Counted from the stretch's first letter, positions 28,605 to 42,736 are shown. The stretch is 64,000 bases of DNA from the human T2T-CHM13v2.0 reference genome, Homo sapiens (GCF_009914755.1 NC_060947.1); one strand, 5' to 3'. The notes: generated from the sequence alone by a model not told the origin. A program made the numbers and translations.

Positions 28605-29710
28605 ACTCAGGCTGCATTATTTAGCCAAAAGGTTAAGATGCTGAAATATGAAAGTCTAAAAACCAAAAGCTCTAAAAGAAAGAATTTGTTTGTCTTCCAT
28701 TTCTGAGTTGGTGGCTGTCTCAGTTCCACAGAGTCATGCAGAGCCCCAAGCTATGAATAGCTTCGTGATTTTCAACTACATTTTAACAAAGCCCCACTTG
28801 TTGTTGAGTCCAGTCAAGTTAGGGGTTGGGAAGGGATATAAAGGAGGTCTCCAGCTGTTTACATACCCAATATAAGACCTTTATATACTCCATGTCGGCA
28901 AGCTCCTTTTTCTTTCATAATCTGGGTTGGTGGCTGGCTCGGTTCCACAGAGTGATGCAGGAACCCGGACTATTTATGGCTTTGTCCATTTCAACTATAT
29001 ATTTTCTGAAACCTCACTTGTGCTTGATTGTAGTCAATCTAGGAGGTGGGATGAGCATATAAAGGAGGGACTCCAGCTGTTTATATACCCCATATCAGCT
29101 CTTTATATATCCCATGTCTGCTAGCTCCTTTGTCTTCCACGATCTGGGTGGTTGGCTGTCTTGGTTCCACAGAGTGATGCAGGACCCTGGGATACTAATA
29201 GCTTTGCCATTTTTAACAGCATATTTACATAGCCCCACTTGTGGTTGATTCCATTTAATTTGGGGGTAAGGCACAGGTAGGAGAAATTCCAGTTTTTTAG
29301 GTACCCCATGCTAGCTCTTTGTAGACTCCATGTCTGCAAGTTTCTTTGTCTTTCATAATTTGGGTTGGTGAGTGCCTCAGTTCCACAGAGTGATGCAGGA
29401 CTCCAAGCTCTTAATAGCTTTGTCCATTCCAACTACATCTTTTCCAAACCCCCACTTGTGGTTGATCCCATTCAGTTTTGAGGGAAGGCACAGGTAGGAG
29501 AAACTCTAGCTGTTTCTATATCCCCATGTCAGCAAGAGAAGCACATCACTTCCACTTGTAATTAATTAGAGAGAACTTAGTCATTCAAATTACTGCAACA
29601 CAAATTCTGTCAGCTTAGTCTTTGGCTTAACCATATCCAGCTCTCAGCTCATAATTAGAAAAGGGAGAAATAGCTTTGGTTTATTTAGAACAGGTAGTTC
29701 TTTGCCATAG
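28605..29710 (-). mobile_element. Possible old MLT1J/K/L-like LTR hosting the tandem array
   Basis: Flanks aggttaagatgctgaaat (left) and gcacatcacttccacttgtaattaattagagagaacttagtca...actgcaa (right) resemble antisense old MLT1 LTR. Confidence 0.4.
28689..29533. repeat. Diverged tandem array, ~3.9 units of 216-222 bp
   Basis: Anchor GTTCCACAGAGT at 28723, 28942, 29164 and 29380; units start at 28689, 28907, 29129 and 29345. Confidence 0.95.
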
Positions 29711-29853
29711 AAGGAACAACCTGTGGAATGAAACACCTGAAAGCAGAAAACTTTCTTTGGCGGTATATTTAATTTTCTTTGGGGTATTCAACCGTAATAG
29801 GATTATTATAGAACTTTGACAAGTTGATTTATTTGTAAAAGAATATTATAATC

Positions 29854-30250
29854 TGATATGGTTTGTATTTGTGTCCCTTCCCAAATCGCTTGTTGAATTG
29901 TAATCCCTAATGTTGAAGGTGGGGCCTAGTGGGAGGTGAATGGATCATGGAGGTGGATTTCTTCCTTGGTACTGTTATGTTAGTGAGTGAGTTCTCATGA
30001 GATCTGGTTGTTTAAAAGTGTGTGGCACTTCTTCCCTTCTCTCTCTTCCTCCTGCTCTGGTCATGTAAGATGGGCCTGCTCTCCCTTTGCCTTTCACCAT
30101 GATTATTAGTTTCCTGAGGCCTCCCCAAAAGCAGAAGCCGCCATGCTTCCTGTGCAGCCTGCAGAACCGTGAGCCAATTAAATCTCTTCCCTTTATAAAT
30201 TACCCAATCTCAGGAACTTCTTTATAGCAGTGTGAGAACAGACTAATATA
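29854..30250 (+). mobile_element. MST (MSTA-like) solo LTR
   Basis: tgatatggtttg...agcagaagccgccatgcttcctgtgcagcctgcagaaccgtgagccaattaaa...gactaatata; TSD TAATC. Confidence 0.92.
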
Positions 30251-31412
30251 TAATCATACTATGAAAAAAATCTGTAAGAGTTTATCCGTTGGTACGTGGT
30301 TTGTGTTCTATGTGAATCTTGATAGCATAACCTACCTCAAGGTTGAAATAACAGCTTCCTAAGATATTTGTGTGTTTACTTATAACAACAGCAGAACATC
30401 ATGGTGACATTTTTAAAAAGTAATATTCAGAAAGGGACATGTCTGATTTTAACCTTTTCAGTAGGAATTGGTTACATGAAAGTTTGGTTGCAATTCAAAA
30501 AGCAAATGAATAAAAAATGATTTCCAATACTGCAATTGTACCCACTGTGTTTATTTTGCTTTCTTTTACTATAGAAAAGAACCCATAGAAAACATTGCAT
30601 TGAGTCTCTGTCATATCAATTATAGAGTTGAAAGCTCTTTACCAACTTTCTTAATAGTGCAGTCTCTTTCTGTCCAAACATTTTTAAAATGCAGTAACTC
30701 TATGTATTACTGACAAGTACTATGGAGTCCTTTAAACCAATCATAATATGATGTTTCATGAAAATGAATAATTCAACTCATTTTTGGATGTTGTTTCTTC
30801 AAAACCTTCTTTCAAAACAATATATTGTCTTTAAAGATAAAGTAAAAATAAATGAAGATTCCCTGAAGATGGAGGCATGCTTTCTTTCTTTTTAAATGAA
30901 AGAATGTTTTCTACTATGTGATTTATAACCAAATTTAGTTCTAAGAAGCTGCATCTATTTATGTCAAAACCACTCCTCTCATGCAAGACAGACTGAACAC
31001 CTGAATAAAAACCAGGAGTTCAGATGTATTTCTTTGAAGTTATGACCTATTTTATTTCCCTGTTGTGTAACACTAACTCATTGTGACACAATCTTTGAGG
31101 GTTTATATCTTTTATAATTAAATTGCCCTGAAGAAAGTTCCCAGTCACAATCTTCATTCTTTTCAAATTTTTCTGCAATGGAGCACAATTAAGAATAAAG
31201 AATGCATCATGACACAGTGAAAATGCTAAAATTTCTTAAAGAGGTCAAACAAGTTTCAACATTCATATCATTAATTATGCTTTGAAGCACTGTCCTTTCT
31301 AAGTGACACTGTTTTTATTTTGAACAACATCTAAATTCAGGGAAAATAATCACTTCTAAAGACTATTTTTAGTTGAGCCTGCTTTCTTCGCCCAGTTTCT
31401 AATCAGAGGCTC

Positions 31413-31770
31413 TGCTATAAGTTGAATGTTTTTGTGCCCCCGAAATTCATGTGTTGACATCTTAACCCCCAAAGTGATAGTGTTAGGAGTGGGGGACTAT
31501 GGTAGGTGATGAGGTCATGAAGGTGGAGCCTCATGAATGGGATCAGTGCCCTCATAAAAGGGACCCCAGAGAGCTCCCTCGTCCCTTCCAGCATGTGAGG
31601 ACACAGCAAGAAGTCACCGTCTAAGAACCAGGAAGCCCTCACTAGACACTGAATCTGCCACGCCTTGATCTTGGACTCCCAGCCTCCAGAACTGTGAGCA
31701 ACAAATGTCTGTAGTTTATAAGCCACCCAGGCTATGGTAGTTTGTATAGCACCCCAAACATACTATGACG
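31413..31770 (+). mobile_element. MLT1A/A0 solo LTR
   Basis: tgctata...gggaccccagagagctccctcg...cagcctccagaactgtgag; TSD ggctc/ggttc. Confidence 0.9.
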
Positions 31771-31947
31771 GGTTCTCATACAATTTTTCGAAGATTCTTT
31801 ATCCTCAGTAGACTGATGCAAAACTAACCCATCAATAATAGAGAAAAAAGGAGATTGAGACAAAAGATGAAAAAATGTTTGTCTGATTCCTGTTAGAATG
31901 TTGCTAATTTTTCCCTGTAGTTTTTTTCAATGTATGTATCCTTCATA

Positions 31948-32022
31948 ATCTCTCTCTCTCTCTCCCTTGCTCTCTGTCTCTTGCTCTCTCTCTCACTGTC
32001 TCTCTTTTCTTTTCTCTTTCTT
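31948..32022. repeat. (TC)n-rich simple repeat
   Basis: Directly visible. Confidence 0.85.
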
Positions 32023-32232
32023 ATATATCTGCTGCTGCTACACCTATGTATATATTTACATAATTGGGACCATATTATATTAAATGTTTTGTACCAAACC
32101 TTTTCAGTGAAAGTCACATGATAAAACCCTCTTTTAATGTATTTATCATTGAGGACTTAAGTGATTTTTAAAGTTTCGGAATGCTGTGAACACCCTCCTA
32201 TAATAAACACAATTTGCCTCTTTGACTCATTA

Positions 32233-32597
<365 letters not shown>

Positions 32598-32659
32598 GAG
32601 TATGAACGTTTTAAGATATTTGTTACATATTGTGAATTGTTCTAAAAAATGTTTGCAGT

Positions 32660-32960
32660 AGCCAGATGCAGTGGCTCACACCTATAATGCCAGCACTTTG
32701 GGAAGATGAGGCAGGAGGATGGAGGTTGAGGCCAAAAGTTCAAGACTGGTCTGAGCAACATAGCAAGACTCCATCTCTACAGTAAACTAAACATTTTAAA
32801 AATCAGCTAGGTGTGGTGGTGCATGACTTTAGTCCTATTTATTCGGGAACCTGATGTGCAAGGATTTCCTAAGCCCAGGCGGTCAAGGCTGGAGCTATGA
32901 ATGTGCCATTGTACTCCAGCCTAGTCAACAAAATGAGACATCATCTCTTAAATAAATATA
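32660..32960 (+). mobile_element. AluJ (diverged)
   Basis: gtggctcacacctataatgccagcactttgggaag...ccattgtactccagcctag. Confidence 0.85.
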
Positions 32961-33427
32961 ATTTTTGGAAAAGTTTTCAGCAGTGCAGATTCCCTTGTCT
33001 AGTAGTTGTGTTGATTCACCTTTTTTTTTTTTGGCAACTATGGTAATTAGCATTTTTAATAAATTCATTTAAAAATAGATTTTAAGCAGCTGAATGTAAA
33101 AAAAAGAAAAAAAAGCAGATTAAGTTGTTGAAAATTGAAGTGTTACCTTAGCTCTTTGGGTTGAGGATGAATACCATCAGATTTGGGGCCTTTCCCACTT
33201 TCCTGTCTTACGTGTGAATGTCTGGGTACACGGACACTTCAGGTTAAGGATTCTGTCTCCAACTTTTATTTCCTGATAAAATATCAAATTTGATTTTTTC
33301 ATTTCTGTGTTTTTTTTAGGCATAGGAAAATTATATATATATATTTACTTCCCATGAGAACACAATATGATTTACTCTTTTTCTTCTTATAGCAATGGCA
33401 TGATTTCAGAGAAATATCCTTAGTCTC

Positions 33428-33709
33428 TGATATGGTTTGACTCTGTGTCCCCACCCAAATCACATCTTGAATTGTAGTCCCCATGTGCTGAAGGTGAGGC
33501 CTGGTGGGAGGTGATTGGATCTCCCTTGCCCTCTCACCTGCCACCATAAAAGATGGGCCTTGCTTCCCCTTCGCCTTCTGCCATGATTATAAGTTTCCTG
33601 AGGCCTCCTCCCCAGCCATGAGGAACTGTGAGTCAATTATACCTCTTTTCTTTATAAATTACCCAGTCTCAGGTAGTTCTTTACAGCGGCGTGAAAACGG
33701 ACTAATACA
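33428..33709 (+). mobile_element. MSTA/THE1D-like LTR with internal deletion (282 bp)
   Basis: tgatatggtttgactctgtgtccccacccaaatc...aaacggactaataca; TSD GTCTC. Confidence 0.88.
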
Positions 33710-34117
33710 GTCTCACACTCATTTTGTAGAAATCTAGCAACTGTAATTCGTAAAACTGCTATATTGAAGCTAACTGGAATCAAGCTTACTGCTTTCAGCT
33801 TCAGAAAAGCAAATCTTAGTAAAAAGAACAACAGCAACAAAAACAGACAACAAAGCTGCAGGTCGTGAGAGCTGCAGGAGGTACTTTTAGAGGGGAAGGG
33901 GGATTGTTAAATAATGAGATCTAGGAAAGCATCTTGAAGTCCATTGCTGAGAGAATATTTGAAATGTACTCTTTGCCAAAATAAATAATTCACTAAATAA
34001 ATTTGTTAGTTAATTAAAATGATTTCTAATAAAATAATTACTTTTTTAAAGTCCACTTACTTTAAACAGTAAAAAAGTCTGTCTGGGAAGCTGCTGTCAA
34101 TGACTTAAAAAAAACAA

Positions 34118-34455
<338 letters not shown>

Positions 34456-35157
34456 CACCACCAATAGCTATCAGACTAGTCATATTTCCATATACATAAT
34501 TTGTGTTAATTCAACATCAATATCCCCAATACAGCCTTATGAAAGATTAAGGGACCAAGAATTTCCCTGATGCTGGACTCTGTTCTGTGGCATCTCCCAC
34601 ACACCTGTATTAATTTGCATCCCATTGTCTTTAACATACAGAGGAACTTCTCTGCTCTGTGGAATTTGCAACATCAGGAAGCCTCAGTTTTCCATTCTAA
34701 CCCTTCCACTTCAAGGAGTGTCATATTTCCACTCAATTTTACTGATTCTACCATTAAAAAAAAAAAAACAAACACATTCTATTCTTAGTTCAGAAGGATA
34801 CTAAAGGGTCATTTTATAGTTTTCATTTTTTAGTTATTGTTATCTCTTGCCAGATTTTATTTTAATTCATTTTATTCATAGAATTACATGTTCCTTTACA
34901 GTATAACCTTTTGGCTATGTTTTATATTACTTCCTATTACACATGTAATTTATAATTATATCCTCACTGTAAAAAGAACTAAATAATACAAAGTAATGTA
35001 AAATAGAAGACTTTCCTTTTTCTTATTCCCAATGAATTTCAGAGATGACTCCTTTAATCAATTAAAAGTTTGGCTATGTATCATTCTAGCCATTTCCTTT
35101 ATTTACATACATCTGTCTATATATACATACATTTAATTTTTTGAAGGTAAATAGAAT

Positions 35158-35578
35158 TCTGATGGTTAAATTTATATGCCAATTGGCTGGGCTGTGGTGC
35201 CCAGTTGTTTGGTCGAATAGTCTAGACGTTGATGTGAAGGTACTTTTGTAGATGGGATTAACATTTACAATCAGTAGACTTTAAGAAAGAAAGGCAACCT
35301 TTCATAATGTGGTTGGATTTCCTCTGATTGGGAGCAAAAGGTGAAGGTTCTCGAAAAAGAAGAAATTCCACCTCAGGAGTGCAACATAAGAATTCATCCT
35401 GAGTTTCCAGCTTGTCTTGTAGATTTTGGATTCAAGGTGGCAACTCCTGCCTGAATTCCCAGCCATCGCGGCTGCCCTACACTGTACAGACTTGCCAGTC
35501 CCCACGATCATATAAGCCAACTCCTTAAAATGCATCTCTTCCTTAGTTCTGTCTCTCTGGAGAACCTGGACTAATACA
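35158..35578 (+). mobile_element. MLT2-family LTR (MLT2C/D-like)
   Basis: tgatggttaaatttatatg...gtgcccagttgtttggtc...gttctgtctctctggagaacctggactaataca. Confidence 0.85.
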
Positions 35579-36039
35579 GGATCATTGCATGCTTACTGCC
35601 TGTGACATTTTTGTACTTTATATATTGTAGAGCAGGATTCCATGTTACTACAGAATGGTGTATGCCTTTTCTCTGTTGTAAAGGATGCATAGAATTCCTC
35701 TGTTTAGGTGCATCATACACATACTTATTCATTTATCTCTGGATGGGTATGTTGGCTGTGCTCAACCTTTCTTTATTAAACAAGATACTGAAGTGGTTTA
35801 TTCATGAATAGTGTCATCTTCTAAACCATTTTACAGGAGAGACTGCAACAGGAGCTGGTAATCGAAAAGAAGCCTATTGAGAAAGACCCCCATAACCTGT
35901 GTAATCTTTCTAAATATGATTACAAAAAAACAACAAATGATACCACACACATGCACACACACATACACACACACAGACAAATGCACACAGAGAACCACAA
36001 TTTCTATGAAATTGTAACGATTATATCCATTTTTCTTAC

Positions 36040-36320
36040 GTACAAAAATATTGTTAGATAGAATGAATAAGATCTGTAGCCATTAGCATGATAGGATTAC
36101 TATAATTAACAACAATTTATTATATATTTAAACATAACTAAAAAATAGAAGTGGAATGCTCCCAGCACAAATCATAAATGCTTGAGATGATGGACACCCC
36201 AATTACCCTGATTCGATCATCATACACTATCTGACTGTATCAAAACATCAGATGTACTCCATAAATATGTACAGCTATTATGTCACCATAATAATTAAAA
36301 ATAAAAACATTAAATGAAAA
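36040..36320 (+). mobile_element. L1MA 3' end
   Basis: gttagatagaatgaataagatct...ataaatgcttgagatgatggacaccccaattaccctgatt...ccataaatatgtacagctattatg. Confidence 0.85.
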
Positions 36321-36374
36321 AGTATATAATTAATATTTAATTTTTTAGTATTAAAAAATTCTTCAAAATTCTAT

Positions 36375-36950
36375 TTCAAGTCCAGATGTTGACTGTTATC
36401 TCAATTTTATTATCTATATACATCCAAATTTAACATGCTCCAAAGAAAACTCTTGATTCTCATCCCCTAGAACTGCCTTTTTTCCAGTTTTACTACTTGT
36501 GCATATGCCACTACTTAGTCGTCGAAGCCCACAAGGGAAGGATTATATGAGATTCATCTTTTCCCTAACTCTGTGCAACTAATGCCTCAGCGAGTTCCAT
36601 TGGCTCTGCTTCCAAAAGGCAACCCACTTCCTTCACATTTTCAACTTCATTCCCATCTGACATTAATCCCAAACATGTTCAGCTTCCCACCTGGTCACTC
36701 TTCAGCCAGGATAGCAAAATTCACCCCCCACAGAGCAGCCAAGGAGATGCGTGTCAAGCATACATCTGATTACATCCTTCCCTTATGCAAAATGTGTCCA
36801 TTGGTTTTCCATTTCATGTAGAATTGAACCCAAAACTGTAGCCAGTCTTGTTGTTGCTGCTGGGCATACTCCTGTATTAGTCTCTCTGTAAAGTTGGTGG
36901 TTACCCCCTTCAATCTTGCTATCATTACCCTCTGCATTTTGGGAGTCTGC
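36375..36950 (+). mobile_element. L2 fragment
   Basis: caaatttaacatgctccaaagaaaactcttgattctc; cacagagcagccaagg...tctgattacatccttcccttatgcaaaa. Confidence 0.65.
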
Positions 36951-37671
36951 ACTGAAATACAGCCTTCCCTGTCCATGAAATTCTAAACATAACATTTGAA
37001 GCAAACATGGAAACCTGTCACATGCCAATTTAGTGCACACATCTTGAAATGATTTCTCTGTACAGTTAACACAGAGTTTTTCTTTCTAGCAGCCAGGGAT
37101 CAGACTTCAGGATCCCATTTTCTTCCTCATGTCTGCATAGGAAAGGAAATAAATAGAAATCGTCAAACACTGATAAGGTGCTCATGTCTACACCTCTGCA
37201 GAGAAGAAAAATTGCACAGCTAAAAGAGCAATTTGGTCTGCAAAGAGGCAGGCTTTATACTCTCCCAAGACTTTATCATCCTGGACATATAATTCAAGAA
37301 AAAGTATCTGAATGGAAGATACACTGGTGGTTGTTTATCCAAAGAAAAAGAGAATGAAATGGACTCTCATCGAAGTGAAATGGATCTCCAGGGTAATAAT
37401 CAGTCTCTTCTGCTCCTAAACTTTGAGTTATGGAATAAAAAAATGCTGTGTCTCCCTCTGAGATGTGGAAGTTGCTTTCTTTGCCTTTGCATATTATAAT
37501 AATTAAGATTTATGAGGATTTCACATTACATTTCCACAGTTAGACCTATACAATATTCTTCTCCATAGAAATCATCATCTTTTGAAATGACAGCAGTGAT
37601 ATATGAAACTTTACATGGTAGAGAGTCCAGGGACTTCTCTGCTCTTTCAAGAGTTTTTTAATTGCTAAGTT

Positions 37672-37788
37672 TAGTCAATTTAGTGTAATAAATATTGATT
37701 GAGGACTTACTATAACCAGGCTGTGCTCTAGTCTTGGGTATATTTAGTGCTAAATAAAATATAGGTCTTACCATCCTGATAGTTGACA
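37672..37788 (-). mobile_element. L2 3' end
   Basis: aataaatattgattgaggacttactataaccaggctgtgctctag. Confidence 0.65.
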
Positions 37789-37789
37789 G

Positions 37790-38012
37790 CAGTGGCTCTT
37801 AACAAAAGGTGATTTTGCTTCTCTCCAGGAAACATTTGGCAATGTCTGGAGATGTTTTTGGTCTCACCAGTGAGGGGGAGAAAGTTCTACCAGTATCTAC
37901 TGCAAAGACACCAGGGACACTGCCATAGCATCCTTGTAATTGCCAGGACAGCCACTCACAGCAAAAAGTATACAGCCTCAAATACCAACAGCATTGAAGT
38001 TTGAGAAATCAT
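37790..38012 (+). mobile_element. MER20 hAT-Charlie DNA transposon
   Basis: cagtggctcttaac...gattttgc...acatttggcaatgtctggagatgtttttgg...ttgagaaa. Confidence 0.85.
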
Positions 38013-38081
38013 ATTTTACAACTTAAGGGAAACAAGGCATGTGTTTAATAGACTTATAAATCTTACAGTGCTGTGGGTATG

Positions 38082-38464
38082 TGTATTAGTTTATTCTCTT
38101 GTTGCTAATAAAGACATACCCAGGACTGGGTAATTTATAAAGAAAAGGGGTTTAATTGACTCACAGTTCAGCATGGCTGGGGAGGCCTCAGGAAACTTAC
38201 AGTCATGGCGGAAGTGGAAGCAAACACGTGTTTCTTCACATGGTGGTAGCAAGGAGAAGTGCCTAGCAAAAGGGTGAAAAGGCTTTTATAAAACCCTCAG
38301 ATCTTGTGAGAACTCACTCACTTCATGAGAACAGGATGGGGAAAACTGGGGAAACTGTCCCCATGATTCAATTATCTCCCACCAACTCCTCCCACTACAC
38401 GTGGGGATTATGAGAAGTACAATTCAAGATGATATTTGGGTGGAGACACAGCCAGACCATATGG
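38082..38464 (-). mobile_element. THE1 solo LTR (THE1D-like)
   Basis: tgtattagttta...cagcatggctggggaggcctcaggaaacttaca...gacacagccagaccatat. Confidence 0.9.
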
Positions 38465-38467
38465 ATA

Positions 38468-39155
38468 TGTTAGCAGTGGAAGGTATTCAAGTCACACGGC
38501 ACCAACATATGTTAGTGGTAGCAAATCCATATGAGTCTGCAACAACCTCAATTCTTGCCTCCTCAGAAGAAAGAATTCAACAGAGGAGCACAAGGTAGAA
38601 GGAGAGACTGAGGCAAGTTTGAGAACAGGAGTGAAAGTTTATTAAAAAGCTTTAGAGCAAGAATGAAAGGAAGTAAAGTATACTTGGAAGAGTGCCAAGT
38701 GAGCGACTTGAGAGATTCAAGCACCCAGTTTGACTTTTTGACTCGGGGTTTCATGCATTGGCATGCTTCCATGGTCTTGCATTACTTCTCTCCGGATTCT
38801 TCCCTTGGAGTGGGCTGTCTGCATGTGCAGTGGCCTGCTAGTGTTTGGGAGGTGAGCATGCTCATTGTGTTTACTAGAGGCTATACGCATGCTCACTTGA
38901 AGCATTTTTCCTTACCAGCCAAATGTCCCTAGAAGCTCATATATTCATTAAACTCTGACATTTTGCCTCTTAATGTGCATGCTTGAGCCCACTAGCCCAA
39001 CTCCAGAGATCTTGTTGGGAAGCTGCTGATGATCCGTTTCAGGTGTTTTCTATCTGGAGACTGCCTTTCGCTGGCGCTGGCTGTGACCAGTGATTCTTTT
39101 GGAGAGGTAGTTAACAACCGCCTGATCATCACCTGATGGTCGCCTGACATTCTGG
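38468..39155 (-). mobile_element. MER50 (ERV1) LTR, truncated at one end
   Basis: caacctcaattcttgcctcctcagaagaaagaattc; aaggaagtaaagtatacttggaagag; atcacctgatggtcgcctgacattc. Confidence 0.8.
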
Positions 39156-39907
39156 TATATTTATGAAGACTGTAAGGGTGACTACAGAAAGGAAATGCAA
39201 TTGTATTTCTATTTTACATTTATGGCCTTGAAAGAGTAGCCTGGATTTTATGAAAAGACTGGTATTTAATGCAAGGAACGAACTCTGGAGTCAGATACCT
39301 AGTGTGTCCAGGGACAGGCTGCCCTTAGTTTGAGCAGGAAGCTATATGTGCAGTTTGAGGCATCTTGGCAGATGGACAGCAGCCCATTTCGGGTACTGAC
39401 ACCAGGCACTGAGTGCTATGGCTGGTAGGAGGCTACAGGCAAAGAGGACATTGCATGGATTGACCACCTTCAAAACTAACAACACACTCAGGTCATATTC
39501 CAGGCTTTCCCTGTGCAAAAATCTCCTCTTTAGGTAGCAAGGTAGAGTTAGGACATAGTAATTTTACAAGAGTCTTCTAATGCTTTACACAGACCTGAAT
39601 ATGAACTGAGGGGCTGCTAAATGATTTCAAGCTTTATCCCTTATCATTGCTGGAGAGCAGACCAAGTAGTTAAAGCTTCAAATAGCTCTGTGTTTATATT
39701 TTATATGTCCCAAACAAAGTGGGTAGAATACCTCTGTTGAACAAACATGTTTGCATTCTTTGGATATATGTGAATTTTTCCTATCTGATGTATACATTTA
39801 GTATTGATGATCTCTAATAAGTCGCACCGAATGCCAAGACTCTTCAAGGTAATTAGGTACATTCTGAATATCACATAGTGCCCAGATCGTAAAAACAAAA
39901 ACACAAA

Positions 39908-40172
39908 AAGAAAACCAAGTATCTCATATTGTCACTTATAAGGGGGAGCTAAACCTTGGGTACTTAGGGACATAAAGATGGTAACAATAGACACTGGGAT
40001 CTCTAGAGCAGGGAATGAAGGAAGAGTACAAAGGTTGAAAAACTACCTATTGGGTACTATGTTCAGTACCTGGGTGACAGGTTAATTTGTACTCCAAACC
40101 TCAACATCATGCAATATGCCCATGTAACAAACATGCATATGAACCTCCAAATCTAAATTCTTCTTTAAAAAA
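39908..40172 (+). mobile_element. L1PA16/L1PB-type 3' end
   Basis: ggttgaaaaactacctattgggtactatgttcagtacctgggtgacagg...ccatgtaacaaacatgca. Confidence 0.85.
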
Positions 40173-40353
40173 ATAGAATGCTATATAGAACAACAAATGC
40201 TCTAAAGTGTTGTCACCACCATAAAACATCCAAGGTGCAGTACACAAAAACTCATCTCCATTTCCAGGCCAACTCTTATAGGGTGTTTAAGTCTTAAAAT
40301 GTACCCTGCTTAATTTCAGCTGTACGTTTATGTATAAAATATAGAGTATATTC

Positions 40354-40672
<319 letters not shown>

Positions 40673-41227
40673 TTAATGTGTTTGATTCTATGCAATGTTC
40701 TGAAGACCCTTTGGTGATGATCTACATACAGTCATAAGATAATAGCTCTCTTCTACACATGCCTTACTATTATGACTTGTTCCCAGCTTCCAGTGATTAT
40801 GCAATAATAGTATAAGTGAGTATTGGTGTGAGACAGGAGGGACTCTCCACTTAATAATTTAAAATAGGCGTTACTCCTCTGTGCTGCTTTTAATTTTAAA
40901 TCACTAACAGTAAGTAATGAGACATACAAAATGTAAGAACTCATCTATCTTACCCTTGCTGTATTTGCACAAAAGAATAAATGGACTTGGATTTTCATTA
41001 TTCCATGAGATACCTGTGAATAAATACAACTCAATATCATAGAGTTGTAGTTCCCCAACTGAAATTATAACAGTGGATATGATTGTTTTACACAATCTAG
41101 AGTATTAAGGGAGAAGCAATTTTGCTTTCTTAAAAGGATGATTTTCTTGGGCTCCCATTTGGGGATACAGATACAGAGTTTTGAAGCTTTTTTTCTTTTT
41201 TAGGATTTATGCATAGAGGTGATCTGG

Positions 41228-41575
41228 TTTTTTTGTTTGTTTGTTTCCTTTCTTTTCCTTTTTCTTTCTTTTTTTTTTTTTTTTTTTTTTTTGAGACAGG
41301 GTCTTGCTCTGTCACCCAGGCTACTGGAGTGCAGTGGTGCAATCATGGCTTATTACAGCCTCAAACTCCCAGGGTCAAGTAATCCTTCCGCCTCAGCCTC
41401 CCTAGTAGCTGGGCTACAGGCATGAACCACCATGTCTGGCTAATGTTTTCTTTTAAGTTTTTGTAGAGATGAGGTTTATTGCCCAAGCTGGTCTCAAACT
41501 CCTGGGTTCAAGCCGTTCTCCCACCTTGGCCTCCTTAAGTGCTAGGATTACAGGTATGAGCCACCACACCCGGCC
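41228..41575 (-). mobile_element. AluJ
   Basis: T-rich tail, gagacagggtcttgctctgtcacccagg...gagccaccacacccggcc. Confidence 0.9.
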
Positions 41576-42736
41576 AGATCCTCTTTTAATGATAAGTGAG
41601 AAAATCTTCCCACTTATGTTTGATTTCTACTTTATCACTAAACAAATGTATTACGTATGCTAAAACTCACACTACAGATTATAAACCATATACTTGTTTA
41701 CTATAATGGAATCTTAATGTGTAAGTATCTAATCAATTCCCTAGACCCCCAACACCACCACCTTGTACACAACCTGGATGTTTATTTTAGTTAGAGCAAA
41801 GGAAGAGCTTAATTTCAGTTCCTTCATAATTGAGAATGATTGAAATTCATCAGATAATACGCCTAAGGAGAACATTTTTACTATATTTTGGGTGCTTTGA
41901 TACTGTCTTCCTATTGATTATCTCGCATTAGCTTCAATTTTCTACAGGGTCTGCCTGCCTGTGGTTTTGATGAAAACAACCCCACAGGAATAATAGCAGT
42001 GAGTTTTAGTCTGTTGCTCAGACTCATATTTTAAAAGTCTCTGCTGTGCACAGGGTAATTAAAAATAAAAAGGCTGTAAGAGATCAGTCTTCCATGCAAA
42101 CCCATCACTACATCAAGGAGAAAAGTGTCATCTCAGGCCGTCTGAATGTGTCAAGAGCATCATTTCTGGACTTAGGGAACAGCATTTAATCTATCATTGT
42201 TGCTTTAATGTTACTTTTAAAATGCTCGAAACTGGGGATTGTCAGCCTACGGATGTTTAGACATCATCCCTTCTTGAAGCAAACAAGTATGTGGTCTTAA
42301 TAGAGATCAATAGTTGTGGGTGTGCTTTGCAGGACAAGATGTATTGATGTAGAAATGACTTTTTTAAAAAAACTCTATGTAGGATTTGATGAAGATGAGG
42401 TATTTGTTGGAGAATGTCTGGACCCATGTCTAAAAGCATGGAGATATGTAATTACTATACATTATTTAATATAATGCACTCAACATCTATTATTTCTCTT
42501 CTTGAGAAGACTTCATTATCCTTTGATCATCTTATGACCATCCTTTAGAATAAAAGCTACAAGTTTTATTCCAGGACAGACCCTTATGGGAACGTTCTGA
42601 TCGCATGCAACACTAAGGCATTGCTTCATATTCTTCTTGACAACTCTGTGTGTTTTTTTTTAATTCTAGCATTTAATCGGAGTCTATCCTATACATGCTA
42701 CTCAATACTTTTTGTAAAATTAAATAATACAGTTAG

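Noticed and set aside
28689-29533. Tandem array as a CRISPR-like repeat/spacer locus or a coding repeat
   Set aside because: Whole units are homologous with no unique spacers, the context is primate, and ORFs do not continue across units.
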